The position numbers and the translations under genes were made by a program. The notes under the pieces were generated by a model that searched no databases, had not been told where the DNA came from, and saw nothing but the letters and a program-made list of their open reading frames with translations. A stretch of DNA of 64,000 bases from a virus: IMG/VR virus record IMGVR_UViG_3300017917_004998, positions 59,064 to 123,063 of that record; one strand, written 5' to 3'. Position 1 is the stretch's first letter. Each line of letters opens with the position of its first letter. Below are positions 9,820 through 20,146 of the stretch, piece by piece.

Positions 9820-10531
9820 GATGGACAAAAAATTTTTTATTGCGATCCTCTCTCACTCCAAAAGTATCCATAGAGAAACGCAAAAGACATTACTCTTTGA
9901 AACGAATAGGGATAGATTTATAATTTATTACTTCATCGGTGATCCCACGTTAGAATGTGAGTACAAGGTTGATGCAGAAAATAATATCGTTTATCTCAAC
10001 GTCCCTGATAATTATGAGTCCCTACCATACAAAACATACGGAGCAATAAAATTTGCTTATGATAATTTTTCTGACCAGATACACGGGGTTCTAAAAACAG
10101 ACGACGACATTGCATTGGATTTAGATAAGGTGCACACGTACCTGGAGGAAAATAAGGATACAGCATACTGCGGGATTGCAACGGTAATTTCGGATCCTCA
10201 CAATCTATCAAGATGGCACATGGGAAAATGTGAATCGCCAATTCTTAATGCTACACCGCAAAGGATTCCATTAACTGTCTATTGTGCGGGAGGTGGATAT
10301 TATCTTAATCTGAGTTCTATGCAAAAATTTGTCTGGTCTAAGGACTTGTTAAACGGTATGATCTTCGAAGATGCTGCAACAGGTTATGTTTTGAATTCGA
10401 ATGGCATATTTCCAAAGTCGATAAATCTAATGGAGCATGGCTTTTATTGGGAAGGCATATCGCCGCCAAGAAATTACCAAGTAGTAGCAAGCAGTCAAAG
10501 TAACACAGAGGGACCACTGGGATTAAAATGA
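9785..10531 (+). CDS. GT31/Fringe-like galactosyltransferase
   Basis: DNYESLPYKT, LKTDDD, YCAGGGYYL and FEDAATG motifs. The start is uncertain (ORF frame begins at 9767; an ATG at 9821 is a likely alternative). Confidence 0.7.
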   Translation, partial: LNKNTQDYNHFKMDKKFFIAILSHSKSIHRETQKTLLFETNRDRFIIYYFIGDPTLECEYKVDAENNIVYLNVPDNYESLPYKTYGAIKFAYDNFSDQIHGVLKTDDDIALDLDKVHTYLEENKDTAYCGIATVISDPHNLSRWHMGKCESPILNATPQRIPLTVYCAGGGYYLNLSSMQKFVWSKDLLNGMIFEDAATGYVLNSNGIFPKSINLMEHGFYWEGISPPRNYQVVASSQSNTEGPLGLK

Positions 10532-11214
10532 TGATATCAATTTGCATACCATGCTATGAGATGGGAGGTAAAGGGCAGGAATTGCTCAAAAAATCCTTCG
10601 ATAAAATTAAAGATCAGACTCATAAAGATTTTGAGGTTGTAATTTCAGACCACAGCCTGGACGATAGAATCAAGGATCTTTGTGAAGAGTATTCTGTATT
10701 TTTTAATATATCATACTTCAGAAATACAAAGGACAGGGGTAACTTTTCAAGTAATTTAAATAACGCTATCCGCAATGCATCTGGTGAAATAATTAAGCTA
10801 CTAATGCAGGACGATTACATTATGGACACGGCATTTTTAGAATCAACAGATCTGATTTTCGCAGACCCTTCAGTGTATTGGTCTGCTTGTGGATGTTTTT
10901 CAGGGTGGAATGAAAACGATTACAAAACACTAATTCCTAGATATGAAGATTTTCCAATCTCCAGATGTGTGAATACTATAGGCAGTCCAAGCGTAATAAC
11001 TATAAGAAATAAAGATGTACAATACTTTGACGAAGGATTAAGCTGGGTAGTTGACCTAGACTATTACAAGAAGATGTACTCAGTCTTCGGAGAACCGCAC
11101 GTGCTACCACATTATTCCATTTTCGTGCAAAGACACCCAGACCAGATAACAAACACTCTCTCTGATGCTGAAAAAACTGTCGAGGAGCTAGAACTTAGAA
11201 GAAGATATGCTTGA
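10528..11214 (+). CDS. GT2 glycosyltransferase
   Basis: ISICIPCYE, EVVISD, NLNNAI and LMQDD motifs. Confidence 0.8.
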   Translation: MMISICIPCYEMGGKGQELLKKSFDKIKDQTHKDFEVVISDHSLDDRIKDLCEEYSVFFNISYFRNTKDRGNFSSNLNNAIRNASGEIIKLLMQDDYIMDTAFLESTDLIFADPSVYWSACGCFSGWNENDYKTLIPRYEDFPISRCVNTIGSPSVITIRNKDVQYFDEGLSWVVDLDYYKKMYSVFGEPHVLPHYSIFVQRHPDQITNTLSDAEKTVEELELRRRYA

Positions 11215-11866
11215 TTTAAAAAACGTAACACTTATTGCTTTAACTAGTGTGAGAATACCACAAACAGTTAAAGCACTCGAATACAGCTGTCGTGGGATTA
11301 ACTTCGGATCTGTTAAATTGGCTTCCGATGTTAAGCCAGACTTTTTACCTGATTATATCACTCACGAGTTCACAGAGAAAAGCTCTAATATCGACGAGTG
11401 GAACTATAACATAATTTACAATTTATCCAAACACATTGAAACCGACTATGCTATTCTGATTCATGACAATGGATTTATAGTTAACCCTGAATCCTGGAGA
11501 GACGAATTTCTTAATTATGATTATATTGGTGCTCCCTGGCCTCTCCCATCAGACGATTTTTCATACAGAGATATAAATGGAGAAATCATTAGACAAGGAA
11601 ATAGCGTTTCTTTAAGGAGTAAAAAACTAATAGATGTTCCAAATAAGCTAGATCTCGAATGGAAAGATTTCCACGGGTTTACGAACGAGGACGGGTTTAT
11701 CTGTGTGAATTATAGACACAGGTATATAGAGGAGGGTTGCAAATTTGCAGATCTTGACGTTGCAAAATATTTTTCACACGAGACACAGCTGGAAGAAATC
11801 AAGGGCATAAAGCCTTTTGCATTCCATAACTATTACGGGAATAACAGCAATTACCCTAAATTCTGA
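11207..11866 (+). CDS. DUF5672-like putative glycosyltransferase
   Basis: LIHDNGF..W.DEFLNYDYIGAPW, SLRSK, NED and FAFH motifs. Confidence 0.7.
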   Translation: MLDLKNVTLIALTSVRIPQTVKALEYSCRGINFGSVKLASDVKPDFLPDYITHEFTEKSSNIDEWNYNIIYNLSKHIETDYAILIHDNGFIVNPESWRDEFLNYDYIGAPWPLPSDDFSYRDINGEIIRQGNSVSLRSKKLIDVPNKLDLEWKDFHGFTNEDGFICVNYRHRYIEEGCKFADLDVAKYFSHETQLEEIKGIKPFAFHNYYGNNSNYPKF

Positions 11867-11869
11867 CAA

Positions 11870-12508
11870 ATGAAAAAAACAAAGCCATTTTTTGTAATCT
11901 CTAGATACTCGGAGGATCCTTCGTGGGTAAAAGATATAACAGACAACTATATCATCTATAACAAAGGGAACGAGCTATCACCAGAATTTAAACAAAAATT
12001 GCTCCCTAATTTTGGAGGAAACCAATACGACATATTTAGCTTTATTCACGAGAACTATAACGATCTTCCAGAGTTAATGATTTTTGTACAGGGTGACCCT
12101 TTCGACCACTGTCTAAAAGAAAGATTTGACATGTTGATTAAAAACGATTCTTACACCCAGCTTTTTGGTGACGTGAACTATCCAGATGGTGAATATGATG
12201 AACCCAATAACAATTGGTATATAGATCCAGTGCAGAGAGACAAAAATATCAAATCAAGCATCGGTAGTTTTGACGAGTATGCACAGATGATTTTTGGAGA
12301 TTACACACCACTGGACAGACTTAAATTTCCTCCAGGGTCTCAGATATTAGTAGAAAAAGACAGATGCAGATTTTACAGCAGAGAGTTTTGGGAAAAGCTC
12401 ATGTCTTTAATCCCCAAGGAAATAGGTTTGAACGGTGGTGTAGAAGCCCACATTATAGAAAGATCTATTGACCTAATTTTCCAAAATAAATATAAAGAGA
12501 AAATATAA
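11870..12508 (+). CDS. DUF3431-like putative glycosyltransferase
   Basis: VISRYSED.SW, IYNKG, Y.DLP....FVQGDPFDH and AHIIER motifs. Confidence 0.65.
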   Translation: MKKTKPFFVISRYSEDPSWVKDITDNYIIYNKGNELSPEFKQKLLPNFGGNQYDIFSFIHENYNDLPELMIFVQGDPFDHCLKERFDMLIKNDSYTQLFGDVNYPDGEYDEPNNNWYIDPVQRDKNIKSSIGSFDEYAQMIFGDYTPLDRLKFPPGSQILVEKDRCRFYSREFWEKLMSLIPKEIGLNGGVEAHIIERSIDLIFQNKYKEKI

Positions 12509-12510
12509 AT

Positions 12511-13563
12511 ATGACAGAAAATAAAAAAGTCGAGGGTAGAAGCTTTACCAGCAATTCAGTTAAGCTACTTAAGCATCTAGATAAACTAAAAAGAATTCAA
12601 GATAACGAATCGCCTTCACCTGTGATGGCACACATATCTCTGATCAATGCTTGCAACCTAACTTGTTCTTTTTGTTGCTTTGCTAATAGGGATTTATCAG
12701 ATAGACTTTCTTTAGAAAAAGTAAAACAAGCATTAGATTCTTTTAGAAAGATTGGAGTAACTGGTGTGGAATTTACTGGCGGTGGGGAGCCAACTCTACA
12801 TCCAGACTTTCCAGAGATTGTAGATTATGCACATTCTTTAGGATTTAAACTTGGACTTTGTACCAACGGAAAAAACCTTGGTACAAAAATTAAAAAAGAC
12901 ACCGTTTCAAAATTCAGTTGGATCAGACTTGGCCTTTATGGCTTTTACGAAAACTATGAATATGATCTTAGTGTATTCGAGGGTACTGAAACTTCAATTT
13001 CTGCAGCATATGTTTGGGACGAAGCTGTAGAAACATCAAGTAATCCAAATATTACTGGAAATTGGTCAGATCCCAAGAAAAAGATTTTGGCTAAGAATTT
13101 TCAGAAAAGGGAGAATTTTTTAAGAATGATAGATTGGGTTGAGAATAATAAGATACCAACAAGAATCGCATTTAATGCAATTAAAAATGTAGAAGAGGTA
13201 GAAAAGGACATTGCAACAATTCGTGAGGTCTTAGCACAGCATGATCTAAGTTACGCTTTTCTATCAGATTTTAATTTTAAAGGAAGCAGAAGAAACGATC
13301 ACTGCTACATGCACATGGTTAAGCCATTTCTTTTTACCGATGGTTATATTTATGCTTGTCCTTCTGCAGAGCTATCTCTCGAAAACAATTACAACTATGT
13401 TCCAGAATCACAATTCATGGTTTGTGACATTGATGGGATAGAAGAATTTTATAGCAAACCACCATCACTAAGACACCATGCCTGCAAATATTGTAAATAT
13501 GCGATTCAGAACGAGCTGATAGACGACATAATTACACCAACTTCGCACAACGAGTTTGCTTAA
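12511..13563 (+). CDS. Radical SAM protein with C-terminal SPASM/Twitch-like cysteines
   Basis: CNLTCSFC (CxxxCxxC) and FTGGGEPTLHP motifs, with C-terminal C...C...CKYC. Confidence 0.85.
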   Translation: MTENKKVEGRSFTSNSVKLLKHLDKLKRIQDNESPSPVMAHISLINACNLTCSFCCFANRDLSDRLSLEKVKQALDSFRKIGVTGVEFTGGGEPTLHPDFPEIVDYAHSLGFKLGLCTNGKNLGTKIKKDTVSKFSWIRLGLYGFYENYEYDLSVFEGTETSISAAYVWDEAVETSSNPNITGNWSDPKKKILAKNFQKRENFLRMIDWVENNKIPTRIAFNAIKNVEEVEKDIATIREVLAQHDLSYAFLSDFNFKGSRRNDHCYMHMVKPFLFTDGYIYACPSAELSLENNYNYVPESQFMVCDIDGIEEFYSKPPSLRHHACKYCKYAIQNELIDDIITPTSHNEFA

Positions 13564-13599
13564 TGTGTGTAAGAACAGATTTTTTTGAAACGAAATAAG

Positions 13600-14232
13600 A
13601 TGAAAAAGAAAAATAATTTATTTGACCATGACTATTACGAGAATGGTGTAAAACAAGGAATAAGCGGTTATGAGAATTATAAATGGATTCCGACAAGAAG
13701 TATTCCAGAAGCTATTACAATCTGCGAAAAAATCGAATTTACTTCTGCTTTAGATTTTGGATGCGCAAAAGGATTTTTGGTTCATGCTTTAAGATTAATT
13801 AGCGATAAGCCAATCTATGGTGTAGATATAAGTGAATATGCAATAGAATCAAGCATCCCTCAAGTAAGAGATAGCCTATTTTTAATGGATGGAAAGCTTT
13901 CAGATTTATCAATTAACGTGGATCTAATTATTGCTAAAGATGTTTTAGAGCACATTCCTGAGGAAGACATAGATGATGTTTTTGCTGAATTCTATAAAAC
14001 CTGTAATAAAGCTTTTTTAGTAATCCCGTTGGGCGACAACGACTCTTTTAGAATTAGAGAGTATGAAATGGACAGGACACACGTCACCAAAAAAGATGAA
14101 GAGTGGTGGTTTGATAAAATAAGAAAGTCTGGATTCAAACTTAAATTTTTTGATTATTCATTGGGTAATATCAAAGAAAAATGGATTGGCCCACACAAAT
14201 ACGGTAACGGATTTTTTATTATAGAAAAATGA
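13600..14232 (+). CDS. Class I SAM-dependent methyltransferase
   Basis: LDFGCAKG, GVDISEYA and DVLEHIP motifs. Confidence 0.85.
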   Translation: MKKKNNLFDHDYYENGVKQGISGYENYKWIPTRSIPEAITICEKIEFTSALDFGCAKGFLVHALRLISDKPIYGVDISEYAIESSIPQVRDSLFLMDGKLSDLSINVDLIIAKDVLEHIPEEDIDDVFAEFYKTCNKAFLVIPLGDNDSFRIREYEMDRTHVTKKDEEWWFDKIRKSGFKLKFFDYSLGNIKEKWIGPHKYGNGFFIIEK

Positions 14233-15140
14233 TTACCACGAATTTAACAGGTAATCTCGGGAACCACATGTGGCAATATGCCGTGTGTAGAGCGGTAGCT
14301 GAAAAGGTTGGTTTTGAGTGGGGTATTAATCCTACACCAACACACGATTACCACAATGGTATGAATCAGATGTATTTTATGGATGTGGATTTTGGTAAAA
14401 TTCCAGCTGGTGATTTTACAGATTTTCACGAAAGATGGATATCATACAAGCACATAGATGATGTGAATATAACTTTGTTGGATCCAAGAGTTTATGAGAT
14501 AGCAGACAACACAAGGCTAATCGGTCATAACGGTGCTTTTGGTGGAATCTATCAATGCGAGGATTACCTAATCGAAAGAAAAGATGAAATTTACAATTGG
14601 TTTAAGATTGGTGATAGTTACAGAAATAAATATTCGGATGAAATTAAAAATCTAGGGTTTACGACAGATGAAAATCTTTGCATCATTAATTTTAGAGGTG
14701 GGGAATATGTTGGTTTAACAAACGTAATTCTCAGAAAAGAATATTGGAGAGATGCTATTAACAGTATGCTTTCGTTAAACCCTAATATGAAATTTCTGGT
14801 TGTGACTGATGATGTCAATGCTTCAAAAATGTACATGCCTTTTGATATTCCGACTATCCACGGAGAAATTGGTTTTGATTTTTTTGTCATCAACGAAGCA
14901 CATTGGTTGATAATTTCCAACTCCACATTTGGCTGGTGGGGTGCTTGGCTAAACAGAAAAGCAAAGAAAATTATAGCACCCAAATTCTGGGCAAGACACA
15001 ACGTTAGCGATGGATATTGGGCAACTGGAGAATCCTACACCAGAGGATTTACATATTTAGATAGAAATGGTGAAGAATTCGATTACGAAACCTGCAAAGC
15101 AGAAGCTCTATCTTATTATAAATCAAAACAAATTTTATGA
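14229..15140 (+). CDS. Second GT11 fucosyltransferase-like protein
   Basis: GNLGNHMWQY, NFRGGEY, VTDD and SNSTFGWWGAWL motifs. Confidence 0.8.
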   Translation: MITTNLTGNLGNHMWQYAVCRAVAEKVGFEWGINPTPTHDYHNGMNQMYFMDVDFGKIPAGDFTDFHERWISYKHIDDVNITLLDPRVYEIADNTRLIGHNGAFGGIYQCEDYLIERKDEIYNWFKIGDSYRNKYSDEIKNLGFTTDENLCIINFRGGEYVGLTNVILRKEYWRDAINSMLSLNPNMKFLVVTDDVNASKMYMPFDIPTIHGEIGFDFFVINEAHWLIISNSTFGWWGAWLNRKAKKIIAPKFWARHNVSDGYWATGESYTRGFTYLDRNGEEFDYETCKAEALSYYKSKQIL

Positions 15141-16066
15141 AATTAAATCTATTGGAATATGAAGAGCTGCAGAGAATCGTAGATTACTCTTTTGGCGACC
15201 AGTCGGGGGTTCTTGGCAACGTTCCGAATGCTTATATGAAGAAAGCAAATTCAAGCAATAACGAATTTGTAGAAGCTGTAAATCTGCACAACGGAAAAGT
15301 AATGACTTTGTTCATAGACAACATCAGACTGTATAGGAGAAAGATAGATTATTCTGATTGGCTGCACAAAAAACCAATATCAGTGCAAGACAAGAATTGG
15401 CTATCTCAATTTGATGACGAGGATCTTCTCGAGCTTTGTTCTAAATTTCCAACTAAGGAATTTGCAATCTTTACTGCATTTGAGGATACGCCTCTGGACC
15501 ATTTTATTGAAGGCAGGATTCCAAAGAACGTAAGATCGATTAATGCAACTAATGCTGTTTATCTTTGCGACAAGATTTTTCCAATGCCACACGGGCTGGA
15601 GAGAATAATGAGACCAGGTTACGATCACCACGAGATACTCAAAAGGTATATCGATATAGATACACCTGCTACAAAGCTAATGTATGTCAACCATAGGGAC
15701 GACACTGGAGAAAGAGGTGGTCTTAGAGATATGTTCAGAGGATGGGCAACAATTTCTGAAAGGTTAACTTATGAACCATACATATCTTCACTAAAGGATC
15801 ACAAATTTGTTCTATGTCCAAGTGGCAATGGAATTGGTTCAGCTAGAAATTGGGAAACACTCTATATGAGAAGGGTTCCTGTTTTGGAATGGCATCCTTA
15901 CAAAGAGGTTGTGTTCAACGGATTCCCTGTTCTTTATGTAGAGAGTTATTCGGAGGTTACCCAGGATTTGCTTGAAAAAAATATACATCTTTACGAAACT
16001 GCTTTAAATATGGATATGCAAAAACTAGATCTATTAAAAATTTACAACGAAAGGATCTTAATATGA
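15137..16066 (+). CDS. Exostosin/GT47-like glycosyltransferase
   Basis: HKFVLCPSGNG...RNWETLY...VPV motif. Confidence 0.65.
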   Translation: MKLNLLEYEELQRIVDYSFGDQSGVLGNVPNAYMKKANSSNNEFVEAVNLHNGKVMTLFIDNIRLYRRKIDYSDWLHKKPISVQDKNWLSQFDDEDLLELCSKFPTKEFAIFTAFEDTPLDHFIEGRIPKNVRSINATNAVYLCDKIFPMPHGLERIMRPGYDHHEILKRYIDIDTPATKLMYVNHRDDTGERGGLRDMFRGWATISERLTYEPYISSLKDHKFVLCPSGNGIGSARNWETLYMRRVPVLEWHPYKEVVFNGFPVLYVESYSEVTQDLLEKNIHLYETALNMDMQKLDLLKIYNERILI

Positions 16067-16806
16067 TTTACGATTGCTTTACATTTTTTAACGAGCTTGA
16101 TTTGCTCGAGATACGACTCAACATCCTCGATGAGCATGTTGATTATTTCGTTTTAGCTGAATGCGAAGAGACTTTTAGCGGGCTTAAAAAACCTCTGTAC
16201 TATAGCGAGAACAAAAGCAGATTTTCTAAATGGAACCATAAGATAATACACCACGTTAACGATAAACTTGAAACCACAAATTCTTTCGAAAGGGCTTTTC
16301 ACCAAAAGGAAAATATAATTAAATCAATTGGTCATCTTGACGATAACGATATAGTTTATTATGGAGATCTTGATGAGATATGGAAACCACAGGATGTTGA
16401 CGATAAAGTTTATAAATTGCACCAATTGAATTACGCTTACTATTTGAATTATAGATCAAGTGAAAAATGGATAGGAACTTTAGTTGGTAGATACAAAAAC
16501 ATCAAAGACCCGGGATTCAATCATTTAAGAGCAAATCCAACCAATTTCAAGCAAGACGGCGGATGGCATTTTACAAGCATGGGTGGTCCAGACCAAATTA
16601 GAAAGAAATTAGAATCGTACGATCACCAGGAATACAACCTGTCTTGGATCAAGGAAACAATAGAGCAAAGAATGGAATCTGGACAAGATTTTGTGGGCAG
16701 ACCTCATGATTGGCAAGGAAAGCCGTTTTCATTTAGAGTGGACGAGACCGATCTACCAGTTTACATTTTAGAAAACAGAGAAAGATATTCAAGTTATTTC
16801 AAATGA
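16063..16806 (+). CDS. GT17 (beta-1,4-GlcNAc transferase-like) glycosyltransferase
   Basis: IYDCFTFFNELDLLEIRL, VDYFVL.E...TF, DLDEI and GWHFT motifs. Confidence 0.8.
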   Translation: MIYDCFTFFNELDLLEIRLNILDEHVDYFVLAECEETFSGLKKPLYYSENKSRFSKWNHKIIHHVNDKLETTNSFERAFHQKENIIKSIGHLDDNDIVYYGDLDEIWKPQDVDDKVYKLHQLNYAYYLNYRSSEKWIGTLVGRYKNIKDPGFNHLRANPTNFKQDGGWHFTSMGGPDQIRKKLESYDHQEYNLSWIKETIEQRMESGQDFVGRPHDWQGKPFSFRVDETDLPVYILENRERYSSYFK

Positions 16807-16851
16807 AACTATTTAGATAATAATTCTACTAATCATGATAAAACTAAGTAA

Positions 16852-18138
16852 ATGGTAAACACTGAAAATATTAAGGGATTAGTAGGTAATCACGTTTCTC
16901 CTTACATCTACAATGCTAAAGAATTCCAGCCAGGTAAGACACCGATCTATTATTCTGGACCTTATTGGGACAACAGAGAAACTGAAGCAGCAATCGACTC
17001 AATTCTAAACGGTAAGTGGATTACCTCTGGAGAAAAGGTTTTTCTCTTTGAAAAATATTTCAGTAATAAATTCAACTGCAAACACTCGCTGATGGTGAAT
17101 TCTGGATCATCAGCAAATTTAGTCATGATTACTGCTCTGAAGAAAAGATTCGGATGGCAGGATGGTGACGAGATTATAGTTTCTCCTGTCGGGTTCCCGA
17201 CAACAATTTCTGTCTTATATCAGAATAGACTGAAACCTGTTTTCATTGACATCGAATGGGAAACTTTGAATTTTGATGTCGACCAGATTGAGGATAAAAT
17301 AACTCCAAGAACCAAAGGAATATTTGTTTCTCCTGTTTTGGGTAATCCTCCAGATTTCGATAAGTTGATTGCAATTTGCGAAAAGCACAACATTAAGCTT
17401 ATCGGCGACAACTGCGATAGCTTAGGTTCCAAGTGGAATGGAAAATATCTAAATGAATATTATGTTGCTTTTTCCAACTCGTTTTATCCTGCACACCACA
17501 TTTCTACTGGAGAGGGAGGCATGGTATGTACAGACGATGCAGAGCTTAAGAAGCTTCTGGTTAGCATTGCTTGGTGGGGTAGGGATTGCTATTGTGTTGG
17601 CTCTGCAAATCTTTTATCTTGTGGAACATGCGGTAGTAGATTTGACAATTGGTTGGAAACCTACGACGGTGTAGTAGATCACAAGTATGTTTTTTCCAAC
17701 ATGGGCTATAACTTAAAGCCATTGGATTTACAGGGTGCAATTGGTCTAATCCAGCTAGAGAAGTTCGATGAGATTGAGAGAAACCGTAAGCACTCCAAAA
17801 GCACAATCGAAAAGATATTTACAGACAACATCCAAGGCATTAAAGGTATTAAATCTCTTGAAGGATCAGACGTTAGCTGGTTTGGAACTCCTTTTGTCTG
17901 CGAGGAACCAGGCATGAAGCATAGACTGGTTCAATATCTCGAGGACAATAAGATACAGACCAGAAATTATTTTGCCGGCAATATCCTTATCCATCCTGGA
18001 TATAGCTTCCTTGGAGATTACAAGGAATTTCCTGAAGCAAACAAGGTTTTGGATCGCGTCTTCTTCATAGGAGCTGCTCCACACTACACAGAGCCAGTTT
18101 TTGAGTATATTGAAGAAATCGTAAAAGGGTTCAAATGA
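16852..18138 (+). CDS. PLP-dependent DegT/DnrJ family, RfbH/DdhC-like 3-dehydratase
   Basis: VNSGSSANL, DNCDSLGS, SFYPAHHISTGEGG (His at the catalytic position) and WGRDCYC motifs. Confidence 0.85.
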   Translation: MVNTENIKGLVGNHVSPYIYNAKEFQPGKTPIYYSGPYWDNRETEAAIDSILNGKWITSGEKVFLFEKYFSNKFNCKHSLMVNSGSSANLVMITALKKRFGWQDGDEIIVSPVGFPTTISVLYQNRLKPVFIDIEWETLNFDVDQIEDKITPRTKGIFVSPVLGNPPDFDKLIAICEKHNIKLIGDNCDSLGSKWNGKYLNEYYVAFSNSFYPAHHISTGEGGMVCTDDAELKKLLVSIAWWGRDCYCVGSANLLSCGTCGSRFDNWLETYDGVVDHKYVFSNMGYNLKPLDLQGAIGLIQLEKFDEIERNRKHSKSTIEKIFTDNIQGIKGIKSLEGSDVSWFGTPFVCEEPGMKHRLVQYLEDNKIQTRNYFAGNILIHPGYSFLGDYKEFPEANKVLDRVFFIGAAPHYTEPVFEYIEEIVKGFK

Positions 18139-18821
18139 TAGCTATCCTGGGAGACGGGATACTTGGTACAGAACTTAAATCGCAGAGTGGTTGGAACCAG
18201 ATTAGTAGGTCCAGGAATGGATTTGATCTGACTGATACAAACACCTGGGGAAATCTTTTAAAAGGGTACCAATGTATCGTGAACTGTATTGCTTACACAA
18301 ACACATACGGTACAAGTTTTGATCCGAATTGGCATGTTAATGTTCAAGGTGTAAAAAATCTAATCGACTATTGCAATCTCAATAACGTTAAATTGGTTCA
18401 CATTTCTACAGATTACGTCTATGCAAATTCAGTATCAAAAGCTAGCGAAGCAGATGTACCGGTACACCTTCGTACATGGTACGGCTATACGAAATTAGTT
18501 GGAGATGCGCTGGTTCAGCTCGAAAGCAAAAACTACCTAATCTGCAGGGAATCACATAAACCATTTCCATTTCCGTACGAGAAAGCATGGAACGATCAAT
18601 TTACTAATGGCGATTATGTTACAACAATTTCTGAGATCATCATTAAACTAATAAAGAACGGAGCATCTGGTGTTTTTAACGTCGGAACTGATGTTAAGAC
18701 GTGGTCAGGTCTTACCGGTTCAGAGCCAATAGAAAGACCCGCGGACACACCAGGAGATGTTACGATGGACATTTCAAAATTAAAAGATTTTTTGAATTCA
18801 GAGAAAGATCTTTCTAAATAG
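18135..18821 (+). CDS. RmlD-like dTDP-4-dehydrorhamnose reductase (SDR)
   Basis: GDGILG, NCIAYT, HISTDYV and YGYTK motifs. Confidence 0.8.
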   Translation: MIAILGDGILGTELKSQSGWNQISRSRNGFDLTDTNTWGNLLKGYQCIVNCIAYTNTYGTSFDPNWHVNVQGVKNLIDYCNLNNVKLVHISTDYVYANSVSKASEADVPVHLRTWYGYTKLVGDALVQLESKNYLICRESHKPFPFPYEKAWNDQFTNGDYVTTISEIIIKLIKNGASGVFNVGTDVKTWSGLTGSEPIERPADTPGDVTMDISKLKDFLNSEKDLSK

Positions 18822-18863
18822 AACAAAATTTCGTAATTTTGCTTTACCATCTTAAGAAGCATC

Positions 18864-19712
18864 ATGGCAAGAACTTTAATAAGACTAAACACCAACTCTC
18901 TTGGAGATACAATTGGTGCTTCTCCTTACTTTGAAAAGTATAGAGCTAAAACATCCGATGAAGTTTTCGTTTCGTGTAATCACCATGATCTATTTGCGTC
19001 AGTATATCCAAAAATAGATTTCTTACCAAACTCTCAAAATCCAGGCGGAAAGTTTGATAATTACTTCAATCTGGACTTTAGATTTGACGTCCCGTTGCAA
19101 AAAGGTTTTTCTGACCAATTGGGATTGGAGTACGAAGAGATTAGGCCGAAAGTTGCTTTTTCGCCTTCATTAAGACCATTTGGCAGAAGGTATGTTTGTG
19201 TTGCAATGCAATCAACTTCTCAATGCAAATATTGGAACCACGATGGCGGATGGGATATTCTTTTTGAGAAATTGAAACGGAGAGGACTGACTCCGATCTG
19301 CGTGGATCTATACAATAGTTTTGGAATAGATGGACATTTCAACAACACACCAGATTCTTGTATAGACAAGACAGGTCTTTCTATTTCCGATGTAATGCAA
19401 TATTTACACCACTGTGAATTCTTTATTGGATTGAGCTCTGGACTTAGCTGGCTTGCGTATGCTATGCAAAAGCATGTTGTATTAATATCTGGTTCAACAC
19501 ATGCCTGGTGCGAGCCGAAAAACGATCTAACCAGGATCATAGATAAATCTGTCTGCCACGGATGTTTTAATGAGCCTGCAACCACGCCATTCAATCCTTC
19601 AGATTGGCTATGGTGTCCAAGGAATGCAGGAACATCTGACCAATTTATCTGTACCAAGGCAATTACACCAGATTCAGTTTGGAACGAAATGAAGGAAGTC
19701 AAACTTGTATGA
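18864..19712 (+). CDS. Aah/TibC-like (autotransporter heptosyltransferase, GT9-like) glycosyltransferase
   Basis: SLGDTI, YVCVAMQSTSQCKYW, FIGLSSGLSWLA and the metal-binding CHGCFN...WCP...FIC motif. Confidence 0.75.
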   Translation: MARTLIRLNTNSLGDTIGASPYFEKYRAKTSDEVFVSCNHHDLFASVYPKIDFLPNSQNPGGKFDNYFNLDFRFDVPLQKGFSDQLGLEYEEIRPKVAFSPSLRPFGRRYVCVAMQSTSQCKYWNHDGGWDILFEKLKRRGLTPICVDLYNSFGIDGHFNNTPDSCIDKTGLSISDVMQYLHHCEFFIGLSSGLSWLAYAMQKHVVLISGSTHAWCEPKNDLTRIIDKSVCHGCFNEPATTPFNPSDWLWCPRNAGTSDQFICTKAITPDSVWNEMKEVKLV

Positions 19713-20089
19713 TGGTAGAAATTTCAAACGGAGATTTGCTGGACAAGCTTAGCATTCTAAGAATCAAGGAGATGTTTATAACAGACACAAAAAAATCTTT
19801 GAATATAAAGTCAGAAATCGATACACTTGCTCCCCTGTGCTCAGATCTTCTTTCAGACGAAAGAATTTCTCAACTTTATCTTAATCTGGTTTCTATCAAC
19901 ACAAATTTGTGGGAAGTTGAGGACCGAATAAGAGCGAAGGAAAGATTAAACGAGTTTGATGCAGAATTTATAGAACTTGCAAGATCTGTTTATTACACCA
20001 ACGATAACAGGTCAGCAATTAAAAGGGAAATAAATCTGATTAGTGGATCTCGTATTATAGAGGAAAAAGATTACCCAGATTACCGATAG
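19709..20089 (+). CDS. DUF6165-like protein
   Basis: VEISNGDLLDKLSIL.IK...LWEVED.IR..E...F..EFIELARSVY..ND.R..IK..IN...GS.IIEEK.Y. The ATGA start overlaps the upstream stop. Confidence 0.7.
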   Translation: MMVEISNGDLLDKLSILRIKEMFITDTKKSLNIKSEIDTLAPLCSDLLSDERISQLYLNLVSINTNLWEVEDRIRAKERLNEFDAEFIELARSVYYTNDNRSAIKREINLISGSRIIEEKDYPDYR

Positions 20090-20118
20090 ATTCTACTTTC
20101 TTTTCACTTTCTGTGCTC

Positions 20119-20126
20119 GATATATA
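20119..20126 (+). promoter_or_regulatory. GATATATA candidate late promoter (representative site)
   Basis: The same octamer occurs sense-oriented upstream of starts at 1392(-), 3092(-), 6725(-), 31195, 32893, 41415, 48349, 48401, 54535, 59133 and 61572. Variants occur at 6174, 38346, 51992 and 61537. Confidence 0.75.
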
Positions 20127-20146
20127 GAGAAAAAAGTTTCTATATA

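Noticed and set aside
4029-20089. Host chromosomal DNA or chimeric assembly (clpC, rpsU, LPS-like genes)
   Set aside because: These genes are interleaved with phage-type ORFs carrying the same GATATATA boxes, and no compositional break was evident by eye.
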